From positions 21,266,001-21,330,000 of the forward strand of contig JBHGNT010000007.1 in the NCBI GenBank assembly GCA_043228905.1: a stretch of 64,000 bases of DNA. The letters run 5' to 3'. This DNA is from Azolla caroliniana (lineage: Eukaryota > Plantae > Polypodiophyta). The position numbers and the translations under genes are program-made. Positions 12,898-26,500 of this stretch are shown piece after piece. Within the stretch, counting starts at the first letter, position 1. Every line of letters starts with the position of its first letter. The notes below the pieces were generated by a model. It had not been told where the DNA came from. It saw nothing but the letters and a program-made list of their open reading frames with translations, and did not search any database.

Positions 12898-14406
12898 ATG
12901 TTGTCCAAGGAGGATGGCTCATGGTTTTCTTTGGGAACATTGCTTGGGCTAATGGCCGTAATAAGTTCGGTTCTACCTTCCGATCTCCACAATTCGGCAT
13001 CTCATGTGATCCACCTCCTCGTCTCCTACTTCTCTCGATACGTTCAATACACGATCCCGGAATTCGATGGAGCCAATATGAATGAGCTCTACTCAGCCAT
13101 TGAGGTCTACCTAAGCACCCCGGCCGCGACCCTCGCGAAGAAGCTCAACCTCACGAAGCCGAAGAATGCATCTTCCCTCGTATTCGGCCTCCAGGAATGC
13201 AATGAAAGCATCCCCGACGAAAGCTTCAATGTCAATGGCAGAAGCTTCAAAGCTTGGTGGAGGTTCAGTAAACACGAGGCAGCCACACCTTCTTTTTCAT
13301 GGAGGAAGTCGGTCCCGGACGTCCAAAGAAACCTCATCCTCTCCATCGAGAAGAAAGATCGAGAGATCTTAAGCTCTTACATGGATCACATCATGGCTCG
13401 AGCTAAGGAGATGAAGAGCGCGCAACGAGACCGCAGGATTTTCACAAACACGGCGAATAGAGGATACGGTGAAGCCAAAGGGTGGGATTCGGTCCCTTTC
13501 AAGCACCCGGCGAGCTTCAGAACCCTAGCTATGGATCCAGTGTTGAAGGAGAAGATCATGGAGGACCTTAAGGACTTCGCCACCGGAGAGGATTTCTATA
13601 ATCGAGTCGGGAAAGCTTGGAAGAGGGGGTATTTGCTCTATGGCCCGCCTGGGACCGGGAAATCGAGCATGATAGCCGCAATGGCGAACTTCCTCCACTA
13701 TGACATTTATGATCTGGAGCTGACCCAGGTAAAATCCAACATCCATCTCAAGAAACTCCTCATCAAGACGAGCAACAGGTCAATCATCGTGATCGAGGAC
13801 ATAGACTGCTCGCTTGACCTCACTGCCGACCGAGCCAAGAAGAAGAAGAAGAAGAAGAAGAAGAGTGATGAGCATGAAACGGATCGGGAAGCCGACACCG
13901 AGAATGAGCTTACCCTCTCGGGACTTCTCAATTTCACCGATGGGCTATGGTCTTGCTGCGGGAGCGAGCGGCTCTTCGTGTTCACGACCAATCATATCGA
14001 GAAGCTCGACCCCGCCTTGCTCCGGTCGGGCCGCATGGACATGCATATCCACTTATCTTATTGTGGCTTCCAAGGCTTCCGGGTTCTGGCCAAGAACTAC
14101 CTAGGTGTGGAAGAGCACGAGATGTTCGATGAGATTCGGGCGGCCATGGACGAGGAAGGTGTGGCCATGACCCCGGCCGAGATTAGTGAGGTGCTAACAC
14201 GAGAGAAGCGTGATGTGGACAGGGCGATGAGGTCCCTAGTGAAGGAGCTCAAGGAGAGTAAAGCCAAGAGGGCAATGGAGAAGCTTGAGCTGCTCAAGGA
14301 GATGGAGGAGGATAATGAGGAAGAAGAACCTATCAAGAAACCTATAGAAACATTAGAAGAAAGTAAAGGGGGAAATGGAGAGCCTTGTTTGAAAGGAAAT
14401 ACATAA
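12898..14406 (+). CDS. Plant BCS1-like/AATP1(ASD)-type AAA-ATPase, tandem paralog
   Basis: Same motifs as 9476-10954. Intact 502-aa ORF. Confidence 0.95.
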   Translation: MLSKEDGSWFSLGTLLGLMAVISSVLPSDLHNSASHVIHLLVSYFSRYVQYTIPEFDGANMNELYSAIEVYLSTPAATLAKKLNLTKPKNASSLVFGLQECNESIPDESFNVNGRSFKAWWRFSKHEAATPSFSWRKSVPDVQRNLILSIEKKDREILSSYMDHIMARAKEMKSAQRDRRIFTNTANRGYGEAKGWDSVPFKHPASFRTLAMDPVLKEKIMEDLKDFATGEDFYNRVGKAWKRGYLLYGPPGTGKSSMIAAMANFLHYDIYDLELTQVKSNIHLKKLLIKTSNRSIIVIEDIDCSLDLTADRAKKKKKKKKKSDEHETDREADTENELTLSGLLNFTDGLWSCCGSERLFVFTTNHIEKLDPALLRSGRMDMHIHLSYCGFQGFRVLAKNYLGVEEHEMFDEIRAAMDEEGVAMTPAEISEVLTREKRDVDRAMRSLVKELKESKAKRAMEKLELLKEMEEDNEEEEPIKKPIETLEESKGGNGEPCLKGNT

Positions 14407-16899
14407 AGCCCTTAGAAATATGGAAAAAATGAAAGTCATTTGATAGCAATATTCCACACTCACTCATGCTCCCAATCAATATTTTCATGTTCACTTGACA
14501 TTGGTAACACTCATCCCTCACTTTTGTCTTGTACCAATTCTACACTCTATTCAAATTATAGAGATTCTTCCATTGTTCAGCAGTTGCAAATAAGGACGAA
14601 TGTATATTATATTACACAATATGAAGTTATGCAAATCAAGTGGTATATTGTTTATGTTATTTAATAAGTCCACAATCTTGATTTGGCAACCTTGGGGCAT
14701 TGTTTTATGTACACAAAACATGCACTAGTCATGAAGGCTAGTACCCTTGTGTTATTATTAGCACATCAACTCTATTAATAACACATGAAGGTATTGTTTT
14801 GCATATCAATAACCCCTTTTGTGCAAATATACAGAATTTGTAAAATAAGGCCTCTAATCTATAATCAAGGTAATTGTGATTATTAGGTCGGTGACTTTAT
14901 GAGGACATCAATCTACAAGGGTCAACCTAAATATCATTCGTTTGATAAAGTAGGAAAGCCTATGCTCGATTCTCCATAATCGGTTTTGAGTATGGACATC
15001 TATATGTATAATAGGTGAATATCCCACTCCCATAACCTGTGCAAACACACTAAAACGACCTAGTACATTACCATAAAACCTACTCAAGTATCACCTAGGT
15101 TTCCTACTAATGTCAAAATTGTGGACTTTTAGCCATTCTACATATGTTGGACAACTAACACCAACACCATATACTTAGCCAGAGTTACCCAAGTTTTGCA
15201 TGAATCATGTGTCACATGTTCACATTGTGGAGAAGCCCTTGCCAAACCAATAACCTAGTGCAATGGCCTTTGGCTTCCTCATACCAAGCTTTATATGACT
15301 GAGCAAAATATTGCGCCACTAGTAACTCCTTAAGATTGTTACATTCTCAAGTACGCCTCATCTTTCACACATGCAGATTGAGTAAAAAAATGCAATTCAG
15401 AATATGTGGATCATGCTCTTTGCATCCATGGTGCATGACCAATTGACGATCGTGGATCGGATGTTTGTGCTTTGTATGACCAATGTTTGTTTGTGGTCGT
15501 GTGTTTTTCTTATAAATTCTTCTCCTCGTCTCTATCTCTTTGTCTCCAATGTGTTACATTATGTCCCCTCGGCAATGGTTCGAGTGATTAAACCATGGAC
15601 ATTGCTCGATTTTCCATTATGAATAATTGATTTGAAGCTTGAAACATACCTATTGTGCTCAGGAAAGCTCCAAGGAAGTTAGTTCTTAGAAACTGGCAAA
15701 ATTATTTTTCGTGATTCCGGGTATTAATTCCAAGGCTTTGTGTGGTAGTTTCTAGAAATTCCTAACAATACCCCCTCGCGTTTCCCCTTCTCTTCCCGGA
15801 AATGAGCGAGAGGTAGGTCGTGAGTTCGATACCGAATTTGCCACGCAAAAAATTCCATTTAGTTTCAAATTTAAAAAAGGCTTTAATTTACTGTTTAATT
15901 ACTTTTTTTAAAGAAAAAGACGTTTTTTCTCGTGTCGCTAAAAAAATAAAATACAAAATTTCGGAATTTTTCTTCGTCGTTTTTCTGTTGTTGGCCGCAC
16001 ATCGATCGACGTCCGTCGACAAGGTATTCTCCCGTTTCCTTTCCGTTTCCTTTCCGTTTCCCTGTCTTTCCGTTTCGCTCCGATGGACATCCCCTCAGAT
16101 CGCATGTCTCTCCACTCCGTTTCATCTTCCTTCCCTCTCCGTTTCGATTCTTACCTCTGAAAATGATGTCGATTCTTACCTCTGAAATTATTGTAAGTAA
16201 GCTCACACTTCTGCAAACTGATCGTACAGAAATGATGGAGAAACATACCTGCCTCTCCTTCCTGCCGAACATTTAGCACTGTCAGGTAAATGAGAAGTCA
16301 CATTAAATAGTTTTCTTCTGATTCCTTTCCTTCTTCGGTTCGCCTACAATCTTGGATACAGCAATTCAAATTTCGTCCTTCGAAAGAAGAAATTATTGCC
16401 GTGATGAAAGTCATTCAACTTGCAGGAGTCACACTCAAAACGATCCAGATTCAGGTAGAATATGTTTGATGTTTTTGTCCATGGTTAATTCATGATCTGC
16501 TGCCCGTATTACTGGTGCGCACTTGTTGCAATCTACTAGTTACGAATTTGAAATCCATCATCTATAAGCTTGAAATGACAATATGCACACGTCTTTCGCT
16601 TGAAGTTAAGTCATCTGATTATAAATCCAAATACAGATCCTCGTTTAAGGGCCGAAACTAAAAAAGTCTGCAGAGAAAAGTTCATTTAGTTTCACATTTT
16701 CCGATAGACATTTGCTTTAGGAGATTATTGTTAATTCATTTACCGGACGAATTTGAATACTTGGATACATTCTCTACCTATTGATAGTTAAATAAAATTC
16801 AGGAAATAAAACTACATCACCACTATATGAAACCCCAGCAGAGATATTCTCTTCTCAAATTTCAAATTATTGCTCTTGATGCCTTAGCTACATTTCCGT

Positions 16900-17770
16900 T
16901 TCTGTGCGAATGCTGGTTCCAAACTTCATTTCGTTTCCACTGAACATCATCGTTTCTGTAAACCAATTGGTTCCAATTTACTTTTCCATTTCTCCTAAAC
17001 ATTGCCAATATCCGTGGCACTGCGCATATTTCTTCCATCTCCTCTTCTTTTTTATTACATCTTCCGTCCCTGCGCAAATTGGTTCATAATTACATATTCA
17101 TTTTCTTAATCAACATCAATTTCTGTGCGTATGTGCTTCAAAATTTCTTCTTCTTTTTTGCTAAACTTCGTCAGTTTCTGTGTGCCTATTGGCTTACAAA
17201 CCTCTTCTTTTCTTCTATATTGTGTCAATTTTTGTGCGCGTATTTCTTCAAATTTTCCTCATCTTTTCTGCTCAACATCATCTGAATTGGCTTGTTATTA
17301 CCTATACTCTTATCCTAAACAATGTCAATTTCTGTGTACATATTGCGTCCAAATTTCTTCGTCTTTTCTGTTAAGCATCATTAGTTCCTGTGTGCATATT
17401 AATTACCTCATTTTTTCTCCTGAGAAATGATACTTTCTGTGTGCTTATTGCCTCAAAAGTTCCTTTTCTTTTATGTTAAACGTTTTCTGTTTCTGTTCGC
17501 ATATTGGTTCACTATTACACTATCTCTTCTGTTGTCCAAAACATTGTTCGTTTCTGCGCTCATATTGCTTCAAAACTTCCTTTCTATTCTGTTAAATATC
17601 GTCATATTCTGTGCGCATATTTTTCTCTTCTTGCCAGGCCAAAGATTACGCAAAAATTCCCCTTATTCAATTCTGATAAATATGGCCAGTTTTTATGTGC
17701 ATATTGCTTCAAATTCTCGTTCTTTTTAAGTTAAAATTCACTGAAATTTCCGTTCCATATTCGCCGCATA
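16900..17770 (+). repeat. Degenerate ~55-bp-period pyrimidine-rich repeat upstream of the FAS1 gene (probably 5'-UTR intron)
   Basis: Core ctgtgcgcatatt(g/t)cttc recurs at about 17122, 17178, 17231, 17331, 17388, 17437, 17493, 17554, 17609 and 17694. Confidence 0.6.
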
Positions 17771-17901
17771 TGCAGATCACCTTCTTTCAGCATATTGCTT
17801 CTATTAATCCTTCAAAGAGCTCCTTCTGTACGCATGATTAATTAACATATTTTCTTCTCTTGTTCATCGATTGATGAAGTTTCTCATGTTGTCACAACGT
17901 A

Positions 17902-18612
17902 ATGTTGCCCACAGGTGTGATGGTGGGGGCCATGACTCTATTACTTCTTCTCAGTACAGTGATAAATGATAATATATTCTTCAATGTTTCTATGGTTAAT
18001 GCGGATGATACTACCACCACTAGCAGTAATATTGACTATGACGCCTTCATGGAGGTCATCAGAAACAAAGGAAATTTCAACATTGCAGCGAATTTGTTCG
18101 ACTCTATGGATATGGAAAGTCTCCTTCCAATTGATCAGACAGCCTGCACTCTACTTGTCCCAGAAGATAGCGATGCGATGAAAGAACTGATGGCCGAAAA
18201 CACATTCGAAACTCTTATGCCAACACTCTCTTACCACATTCTGACACAGCGTCTAACGTTCATGGATCTACAACGAATTCCCACAGGGCAAACTGTAGAA
18301 ACACTTCTGAGAACATTCACAGTGTTAGTGACCAACAACCCCACCGATAATTTGACCTTTATTGATGATGTGCTGGTATCGTATCCCAATCTTTTTCTAG
18401 GTAGTAACATCGCAGTTCATGGGATGAATGGTGTGATGAACTTCAGTTTGTTTGGCCATCCCCTCTTGCCTGAGTTTAGCTGCAATGTGGATCGCTGCTC
18501 CCATGTTCGTGGACATGGTGTATCAAAATTGATCAGCACTTCTTTTGCCTTGCTCGTAGTAATCTCAACTATGGCATTGTTTTTTGTCAGTGGATTGATG
18601 GATCAGTTATAA
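17902..18612 (+). CDS. Fasciclin-like (single FAS1 domain) arabinogalactan-type cell-surface protein
   Basis: Signal peptide, H1-like CTLLVPED, LSYHIL, H2-like IAVHGMNGVM, and a hydrophobic C-terminus (GPI signal or TM). Confidence 0.85.
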   Translation: MLPTGVMVGAMTLLLLLSTVINDNIFFNVSMVNADDTTTTSSNIDYDAFMEVIRNKGNFNIAANLFDSMDMESLLPIDQTACTLLVPEDSDAMKELMAENTFETLMPTLSYHILTQRLTFMDLQRIPTGQTVETLLRTFTVLVTNNPTDNLTFIDDVLVSYPNLFLGSNIAVHGMNGVMNFSLFGHPLLPEFSCNVDRCSHVRGHGVSKLISTSFALLVVISTMALFFVSGLMDQL

Positions 18613-20921
18613 TCAGCCATTATTCCTAATCATGGATAGCTGGATATAAATGTGCATTGGAAGTAGCTTCATTAATATGGTCTGGTGAATAGGAGGTACG
18701 ACACTTCTCTTTGTCCAGTGGTTTCCATGATGGAGTCATAGTGAGCAGTTATTCGTGATCATGGATAGCTCAAATTTTGCAACAATGATCGTTGAATTAT
18801 AAGAAAGAGCATGGTAATCTCAAACTCAAAGCCTTGATAGAGTTATATAATCAATGGTTATTCGTGATGGATATTAGCAGCTATGGATACTATGCCGATA
18901 TTTAGTTTCAGTACAGTCAGCTGAAAATATTAGCATATACAGGCATGTTCATATGCTTCTAGTATTTTACCTTTGTAAATAGCTTGATGAAGTGTTTTTT
19001 CTGGAACATACATGCAAAATCCAGACTAGGGTTTTACAAATGTGGTTGTAGCTTATCAAATCGCGAAGATGTCTAAACACAGAATTTGACAGGCACCTCT
19101 CATAATGATACTATGTGAGATCCTCTTTCACTTGGGATTCCTTTGCTTTTTCTTCCTGATTGTTGCATGCACCTATAGATAAACATGTTTTTATGATTCA
19201 TATATGGATGAATAGATGTCCTCTTTTTAGTAACATCCTCTCATAGATGTTTTTAAGATCCACGTACAGATGAATAAATATTCTTTAGTGAACTATATTA
19301 TCTAGTTCTTTAGATGGTGCAACGTGTGAGGGTTAGTCATTGACATCTAGCCTTTTTATTGCTTGTGTATTATCCTTGTTCACTATCATTCAAATAACTT
19401 GCTTACATGCTTCGATACAATCAATTGTTGCTATTGTAGTATGACTAGATAGCGCATGAATGGAAGATCTCCACCACATTAAGTGTGTTGTGAAGACCAA
19501 AGGTAGATAAAGAGGAGAAGAAATCACCACTTGTGACAAGAGGAATATGCAAATTGGAAGCCACTTGCAACAAGATGAATATGCAAGTTGGAAGTGTTTG
19601 TTTAATGAGAATCTTGATAAAAAAAACTTTGCATACTAGAATTAAAATGAAGAAAATCCTAATTCGATAAGGATATTAGGGCCATATTAATGTCAACTTG
19701 GTGGATGCCGAATCCAAGAAGTATCGATTACACCAAATAACAACAAAGGGTTAGCCATATGATGTTTGTTTAGTATCATATATTCACTATCAAATGCTTG
19801 AGTATTACAAGATGAGAATGTGCCAAAGGATGCTAGGGAGATCTCTATAAGAAACTCACCAGAGTTGTCATGTGGCATGGGGAAGGAAAACATGTCAAGT
19901 CTGTAAATGAAAAGGAATTGTTGAAAGTTAAGACACTAAATACAACAACAAAACATAGCCTAAATTATAAACGTTTGTAATTGAAATTCATGGGTCAAGG
20001 GTTTAATGCTCACTAGAAAGGACATATAGGAAAGGTTCTTTACAATGTGCAAGAGACAAAAATGGAGGTACCATAAATATTTTAATTTGATGAAGTACAC
20101 TTTCAACCAAATACGTAACGAAGGACAAGGATGATGCAAGCGAAAAGGATTTTGGGAAGAGAGCTCAGTGTTCACAAGGTAGAATTTGAGGATTTAATGA
20201 AAAACATATTATTTTGTAGCAAAATCATGAGGGCATGTGGGAGGCCTATGTCAATGAAAGGGATTTGTTCGTCAATCATAGGCTTGCCATGCGGAAACAA
20301 TGGTTTTAAAGTTGTATAGCTATTAGGGTTGAACGATTGAGAATAATGAAAAGATTTATATTTAGGGTCTAAGATTAAGATTTGAGATTTGGGTTAAGGT
20401 TTAAGGTTAAGGATAGTGGGAATCAATTGATAATCACCAGATTGTAATCGGAAGTGAAAAAGATAACCTAATTAACAAAACAAAGGATACAAAGTTAGAA
20501 GCTTATTAATTAAACAAACAATTGAATCAATACAACATTAAAATAAAGCTAAAAAAAATCAAGACATGGAAGAGTTGGTAACAAGCCAAATGGTCAAAAT
20601 GCTAGTAACTTTATAGGGGCAACCACATTGCACCTCATAGAGATGCTCCTCAATGCCAAGTTAAAAGTAATGTGGTTACAGGTGCTCTTATATATGAGGA
20701 GGCCAGAGGGGGGTTGAACAATTGTTACAGAGGGGGGTTGAACAATGGTTACATTTGAAATAAACATAAGAAGAAACAAAATTGGGACCATAGATTGACA
20801 TATTTGCATTCGTGGGGCCTCCCCCACGAATGCATATGAATGCGAATACGAATACAGGTAACGATATTTGTTTTTTTCTTTTTTTAACTTTTTATTGAAA
20901 AACAAATTCTCTTTTTTAAAT

Positions 20922-21123
20922 TATATTCTATGACACATAACTAATGAGTTTCCACATTCCCCATGACCAATGAGCTTCGGTAGTTAATGAAGAGAGAGGG
21001 CGACTATATAAAACACCCTCCTCCTACTTTGTAATGTGTCGGTAATCTCCTTTGTATTATACATCTTCTTGAGTATTCTATTTTCCATTCTATCTATCTT
21101 GTGGCTCACTCCTCTCCTCTTCT

Positions 21124-21165
<42 letters not shown>

Positions 21166-22992
21166 ACATCTCTAACCTATTCTGCTGCACCAAATCACCA
21201 CCGATTCCTCACATGGTATTAGAGTACTTTAGTAGCTCAATCTAGCCCATCCGTGTGTGTTGTGTCTACGCCAAAGATTCAAAGAAATCCGGCTCATCGC
21301 TATCGTAGTGCCGCTACATAGCTCATATTCAAGAGAGAAGAAAAAGGAAGAAATCTACATCGACATAATGAATACTCAAATGGGGAGCGCTCTCCCTAGC
21401 AAGAAGTCTTGGGAGTACAAGATGCACCAATACCTTGTTGGTCAAGGATATTGGACCTACATCAAAGGAGCACAAGAAAATCGACCCGACCCAAAGGAAG
21501 CCGACTACTCAACATCGGTGCAAGCAGCGAGTCGAGTAATGTATTGCTTAGCGACATGTGTTCATGACCACATGCTCGGCTACAATCGAGAAGCCGAGAT
21601 GCCGAAGGAAGCATGGGAGAATCTTAGGAAGTTTTTCGTGGCCAACACAACCGCAAGAAAGCTTCAACTCCACCACGAGTTGAATAATATCCAACAAAGG
21701 GATATGTCCATCACAAGCTACACCTTGATGATCAACAAGCTTTGTGATTCACTTGGCTCAATAAGCACCAACGTGGAGGAGGATGAGATGGTGCAAATAT
21801 GCCTCGACAACCTTGCACCATGGTTCGGCGCAATGAGAACAACCGTTCTAACAAGGGAGAATCCTCCCTCTTTCTTTGATCTTCAATCAATGTTGTTGGT
21901 TGAAGAAAACCATATTCAAACAAGGAGAACCGCCTTAGAAGGCTACATACTCTACTTACACTCGGACGGAGGAAGAGGACGCAGTCAATCAAGAAGAGGC
22001 TGATTTGGCCAAGGACGAGGCGGATGAGGTCCGACCTATGAAAATAACTCTCAATTTCGGCAAGAAAATGGAAACAATCGAGGAATGTTCGGAAGAATGG
22101 GGAGTTTCCATGCCGGTCCAAGCTGACAAAACTCAATGAAGTGCAAATATTGCGGAAAATTGGATATTGATGATAGTACTCATCCAATTCGGCATGTTGG
22201 CAATGTCCCATTTGGGAAAGAAGGCGAACAAACTTGCATAAAAATTGTCTTGCATGTACCGACCATAACGAAGAATTTGGTCTCGGTCAGCCAAATTGTT
22301 GAGCAAGGCATGCAAGTTCGATTCAACCAAGGTGGTTGCTTCATCGAGAAGGAAGGTCGACTCATCGCTCGTGCTCGAAGGGAAGGCCGAATGTTTATCC
22401 TCGAATCGAATGAGGTAAATTTGGCCATGTTTGCAAAGGGCCTCAAATCCAACACCGACATAGAGCTATGGCACAAAAGAATCGACCATATCAATCTCAA
22501 CAAACTCAAGGGTATGCAATTGAAAGGAGTCATAATTGAACTTCCGACATTCAAACAGAAAGAAATTGAAGGAGTATGTGGAGCTTGCCAATTCGACAAG
22601 CAACATCGGCGCCCATTTCCAAAGGAGCGAAATGTGAGTAAAGGCCTCCTCGATGTGATCCACTCGGATGTGTGGGGACCGGCATAGACGACCACATTCG
22701 GAGGATGTCAGTACTATGTTACCTTCATCGACGACTTCTCTAGGCATACATAGATCTTTCCCATGAGACAGAAGAGCGAAGTGTTTACACACTCCCAAAA
22801 ATTCAAAAGCGAAGTCGAAAAGACACATGTACGATGTCTTCGGTCAGACGGACAAAAGGAATACTTCTCCGATGCATTTACGACATACCTTTGCCAAGAA
22901 GGAATTCGGCAAGAATTCACTTGCCGACACACAATGCAACAAAACGGTGTAGCCGAACACAAGAATCGGCATATCCTCGAAGTAGCAAGGGC
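20922..22992 (+). mobile_element. 5' part of a Ty1/copia element: partial LTR, PBS, gag, GAG-pre-integrase, integrase (truncated)
   Basis: LTR related to 28559-28946. Met-tRNA PBS tggtattagag at ~21214. gag ORF 21257-22003, WHKRIDH/CxxC zinc finger and HSDVWGP. Confidence 0.9.
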
Positions 22993-23418
22993 CATTGTTA
23001 TCTACTTTTTGGAGAAACACCTTCGATTACTCCCCTAAGTAATCGGTCAAGGAATCGTGGTGGTGTAAGGGACTACGATAGGGACGAGTAGGCCGAACAG
23101 TTACATTTCCGGACGATTTTCGGTAGTTGTGGCTCCTCGTCTGATTTGAGCTTGTTGGTGAGCGCCCGCTGGACCATCTATTGCTCGACATGTTCCTAGG
23201 CCATGTGTGTTGTGGCAACCTGGAGACGAGCGAGAAACTCGATTAGCTCGTATGTCGTGTCATGTGTAAAATCGCGCCGAGCTCATAGGCTTCGGCGGGC
23301 AGGTCCTTGAATGACAACACTTCGTCTTCCGAGACACATTAAGCTCGTCCCTTCTCTATATTTTCTGTCAAGGAAGTGATTGCGACAGTCTTTTCGGAAG
23401 CGACGATCAATTGGAGGT

Positions 23419-23474
23419 TGTAAAGAATCGGGTAGGATTTTTGTGTAGTGGAATAGGTGTGAACTGTGTGTGTG

Positions 23475-23525
<51 letters not shown>

Positions 23526-26500
23526 CAAGGAGTATGACACAGAGTATACGCAAGTTAGATTATATTAACAAAGGAGAAAGACTCAACATCATACAAGGTG
23601 GGAGGAGGGTGCTTTATATAGTCACCCTCTCTCTTCATAAACTACAAGACTCATGGAGCATGGGGAATGTGAAAGCTCATAAGTTATGTGTCATAGAATA
23701 TGATTCTATGACTCATACTAAATGCTAGAATACAAAGAGGTGACATAATGGTGACTCTTGACCGTTGGAGTGTCTATTCACTCTCAAGGTGAGTTCACAC
23801 ACTAGACCAAGTTGAGCTTGATTCTCAACACACCCCCTCAAGCTCAAGTTGGGTCGGTTTCAGACGGTATCCGAAATCCTCTTCGACTTGCGTTCCGGAG
23901 TCCACGTCGACTCACATTTATGCGGAGTTGCGGAATCCGTGCTCCAGCTTGCGTTGTGCGTAGTTGCGAAGTCTGTGCTTCGGCTTGCGTCTTTCTTCGC
24001 GGCTTTGCGCGGTAGATCAGCTCTTCGCGGCTTCGTTGCGTTGTTGTGTAATCCACACGTTCTTGCGTAGTGTGCACGGCTTGCGGAATCCACACGTTAT
24101 TGCGTAATGTCTTCAGTACTCCCCCTCAAGCTTGGCAGGTCAGGGATCGTCAATCTGAGATTGGTCATGAATTTCCACAGCTTGTCGGCTCCTAAGGCTT
24201 TAGTGAAGATGTCGACCGTTTGAAGATTTGTGCTAATGTGTTGTAGATCGACATCACCAGCTAGAACGTGTTCTCGGATGAAGTGATAGTGCACTTCGAT
24301 GTGCTTTGTCCGAGTGTGGAACACCGGGTTCCGAGCCAGATAGATACTACTCATGTTGTCACAGTAAAGGGAAGTCGGATCCTTGATGGGTATGCCCAGA
24401 TCCTTCAAAATCCTCTTGAGCCATACGGCTTCACATGCAGCTACGGCTACGCCCCTGTATTCCGCCTCCGTACTGGAAAGAGCGACGGTAGGCTGCTTCT
24501 TGCTACTCCAGGATATTGGTCCGTTGCCGAGGGAGAAAACAAATCCGGAGGTTGATCTTCTATCGGCTTTGTAGCCGGCCCAATCGACGTCTATGTACCC
24601 CTTGAGGTGTATTGGCATCACGGTCTTGTAGAGGATACCACAATTCATTGTGCCGCTCATGTACCATAGAACTCACTTAGCGCAATCCAAGTGAGTATCA
24701 CGCGGTGTTTGCATGAATTGACTAAGGAGACTGACCGGATAACTGAGATCGGGTCGTGTGGATAACTGAGATCGGGTCGTGTAGATGAGACTCTCGATGA
24801 GTTGCCGATACTGAGTCGGCTCACACGCTTTGGTGCCGGAGGTTGCATCTAGTTTGAGATTACGATCAAGCGGGGTTGCCACAGATTTGCATTTAGCCAT
24901 ACCGAACTTGTGTAACAAGTTGAGGATGTAGTGCCGTTGAGAAATCACGATTCCGGCCGGAGTTCGAATTACCTCGATGCCGAGGAAGTAGTGGAGTTCC
25001 TTCATGTCCGTCATCTCAAACTTGTCGGAAAGGAGGGATTTGACCTTATTGATTTGGACGAGATACTCACCTCCAATGACTAGGTCATCCACATATAAGA
25101 CGATGACGATCAGACTTGTGGAATCGCTTCGTATGTAGAGGGAGTTGTCCAATTTTGACATACGGAAGACGATTTGATGAAGATATTGTGTTATCTTCGA
25201 ATGCCAAGCACCCGGTGCTTGCTTGAGGCCGTAGAGTGGCTTCTTGAGTCGGCATACAGGTTCCGGATGGGTGCTCGAGTTGAAGCCAGGTGGTTGTATC
25301 ATGTACACCTCGTCTTCCAATTCGCCTTGTAGAAAGGCATTCTTGATGTCCATTTGATGGAGCTGCCACCCTTTCGCCACGGTAAGTGCAATTACGGTTC
25401 GTACCATCGTCATCTTTGCCACCAGGGCAAAGGTCTCTTTGTATTCAACTCCATGCATTTGTGTGTAGCCTTTCGCTACGAGTCACGCTTTGTAGCGGTT
25501 GACGGAACCGTTGACGTTGTACTTCACTTTGTAAATCCATCTGCATCCAATCGCGTTTTTGTGTGGTGAGGTGGGAACGAGATCCCATGTCATGTTCTTG
25601 CGTAGTGCCTGCATCTCCTCGTTCATTGCTTCGATGCATCACAGTTCCTTCGCGGCTTTGGAAAAGGTTTCCGACTCCCGTACTGTCGTTACCTTCATCA
25701 TAAAGGCGTAATGGTACGCCATATAATCATTGTAGCTGAATCGGCTTACGGGATTCCTTTCATGGGTGGATCGGCGGAGCTTTTCATTTGCAGAGATGAG
25801 GGCTTTCTTAGCTCTAATTGGTACCTCGGAGCCGCCGAACTCATTGTCGAGTGAGTGAGTCGACTCATCGTCGGCGAAGCGATCGTCTTCGTATTCCGAC
25901 ATTTTCGCCTTGCCTTTGTCCATCTTCGAACTAGGCCGTGATGTGCTTTGATCGCTCACAGGCTCTTGTGGTCTGCTCAGTCAGGTCGTGATCGGACTTT
26001 CTTCGAACATGCGCATAAGGCGATCTTCATCCTCTATCTCTTGTTCGGCGGATTCCGGGTCGAGTGGAGTCGAAGTTGTCTCTGGTGCGTACCAGGATGC
26101 GGACTCGTAAAAAACGAGGTCTCGACTTACTCGAGATTTTAGAGTTGAGGGGTTGTAGCACTTGTACCCCTTTCGCTCCAATGAGTATCCTACGAGGATA
26201 CATTTCTCTGACTTCGAGTCAAGCTTTTGACGCTTCTCATCGGGGATGTGCGCGTACGCTATCGCGCCGAATATCCGGATGTGCGATAAGTCCGGCTTCT
26301 TTCCGAAGTATTTTTCGTGCAGGGTGACCTCGTGCATGCTGGATATTGTGCACTGGTTCATTAGGTAGACGACTGTATTTGCAACTTCGGCCCAATATGA
26401 CTTGGGCATATGCTTCTCATTCATCATGGCCCGCGCTACTTTGAGGATGTGCCGATTTTTGCGCTTGGTTACTCCATTTTGTTGCGGAGTGTGTCGGCAA

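Noticed and set aside
9426-14336. Many overlapping antisense and alternate-frame ORFs over the AAA-ATPase genes
   Set aside because: Shadow ORFs of GC-rich coding sequence with no recognisable motifs.
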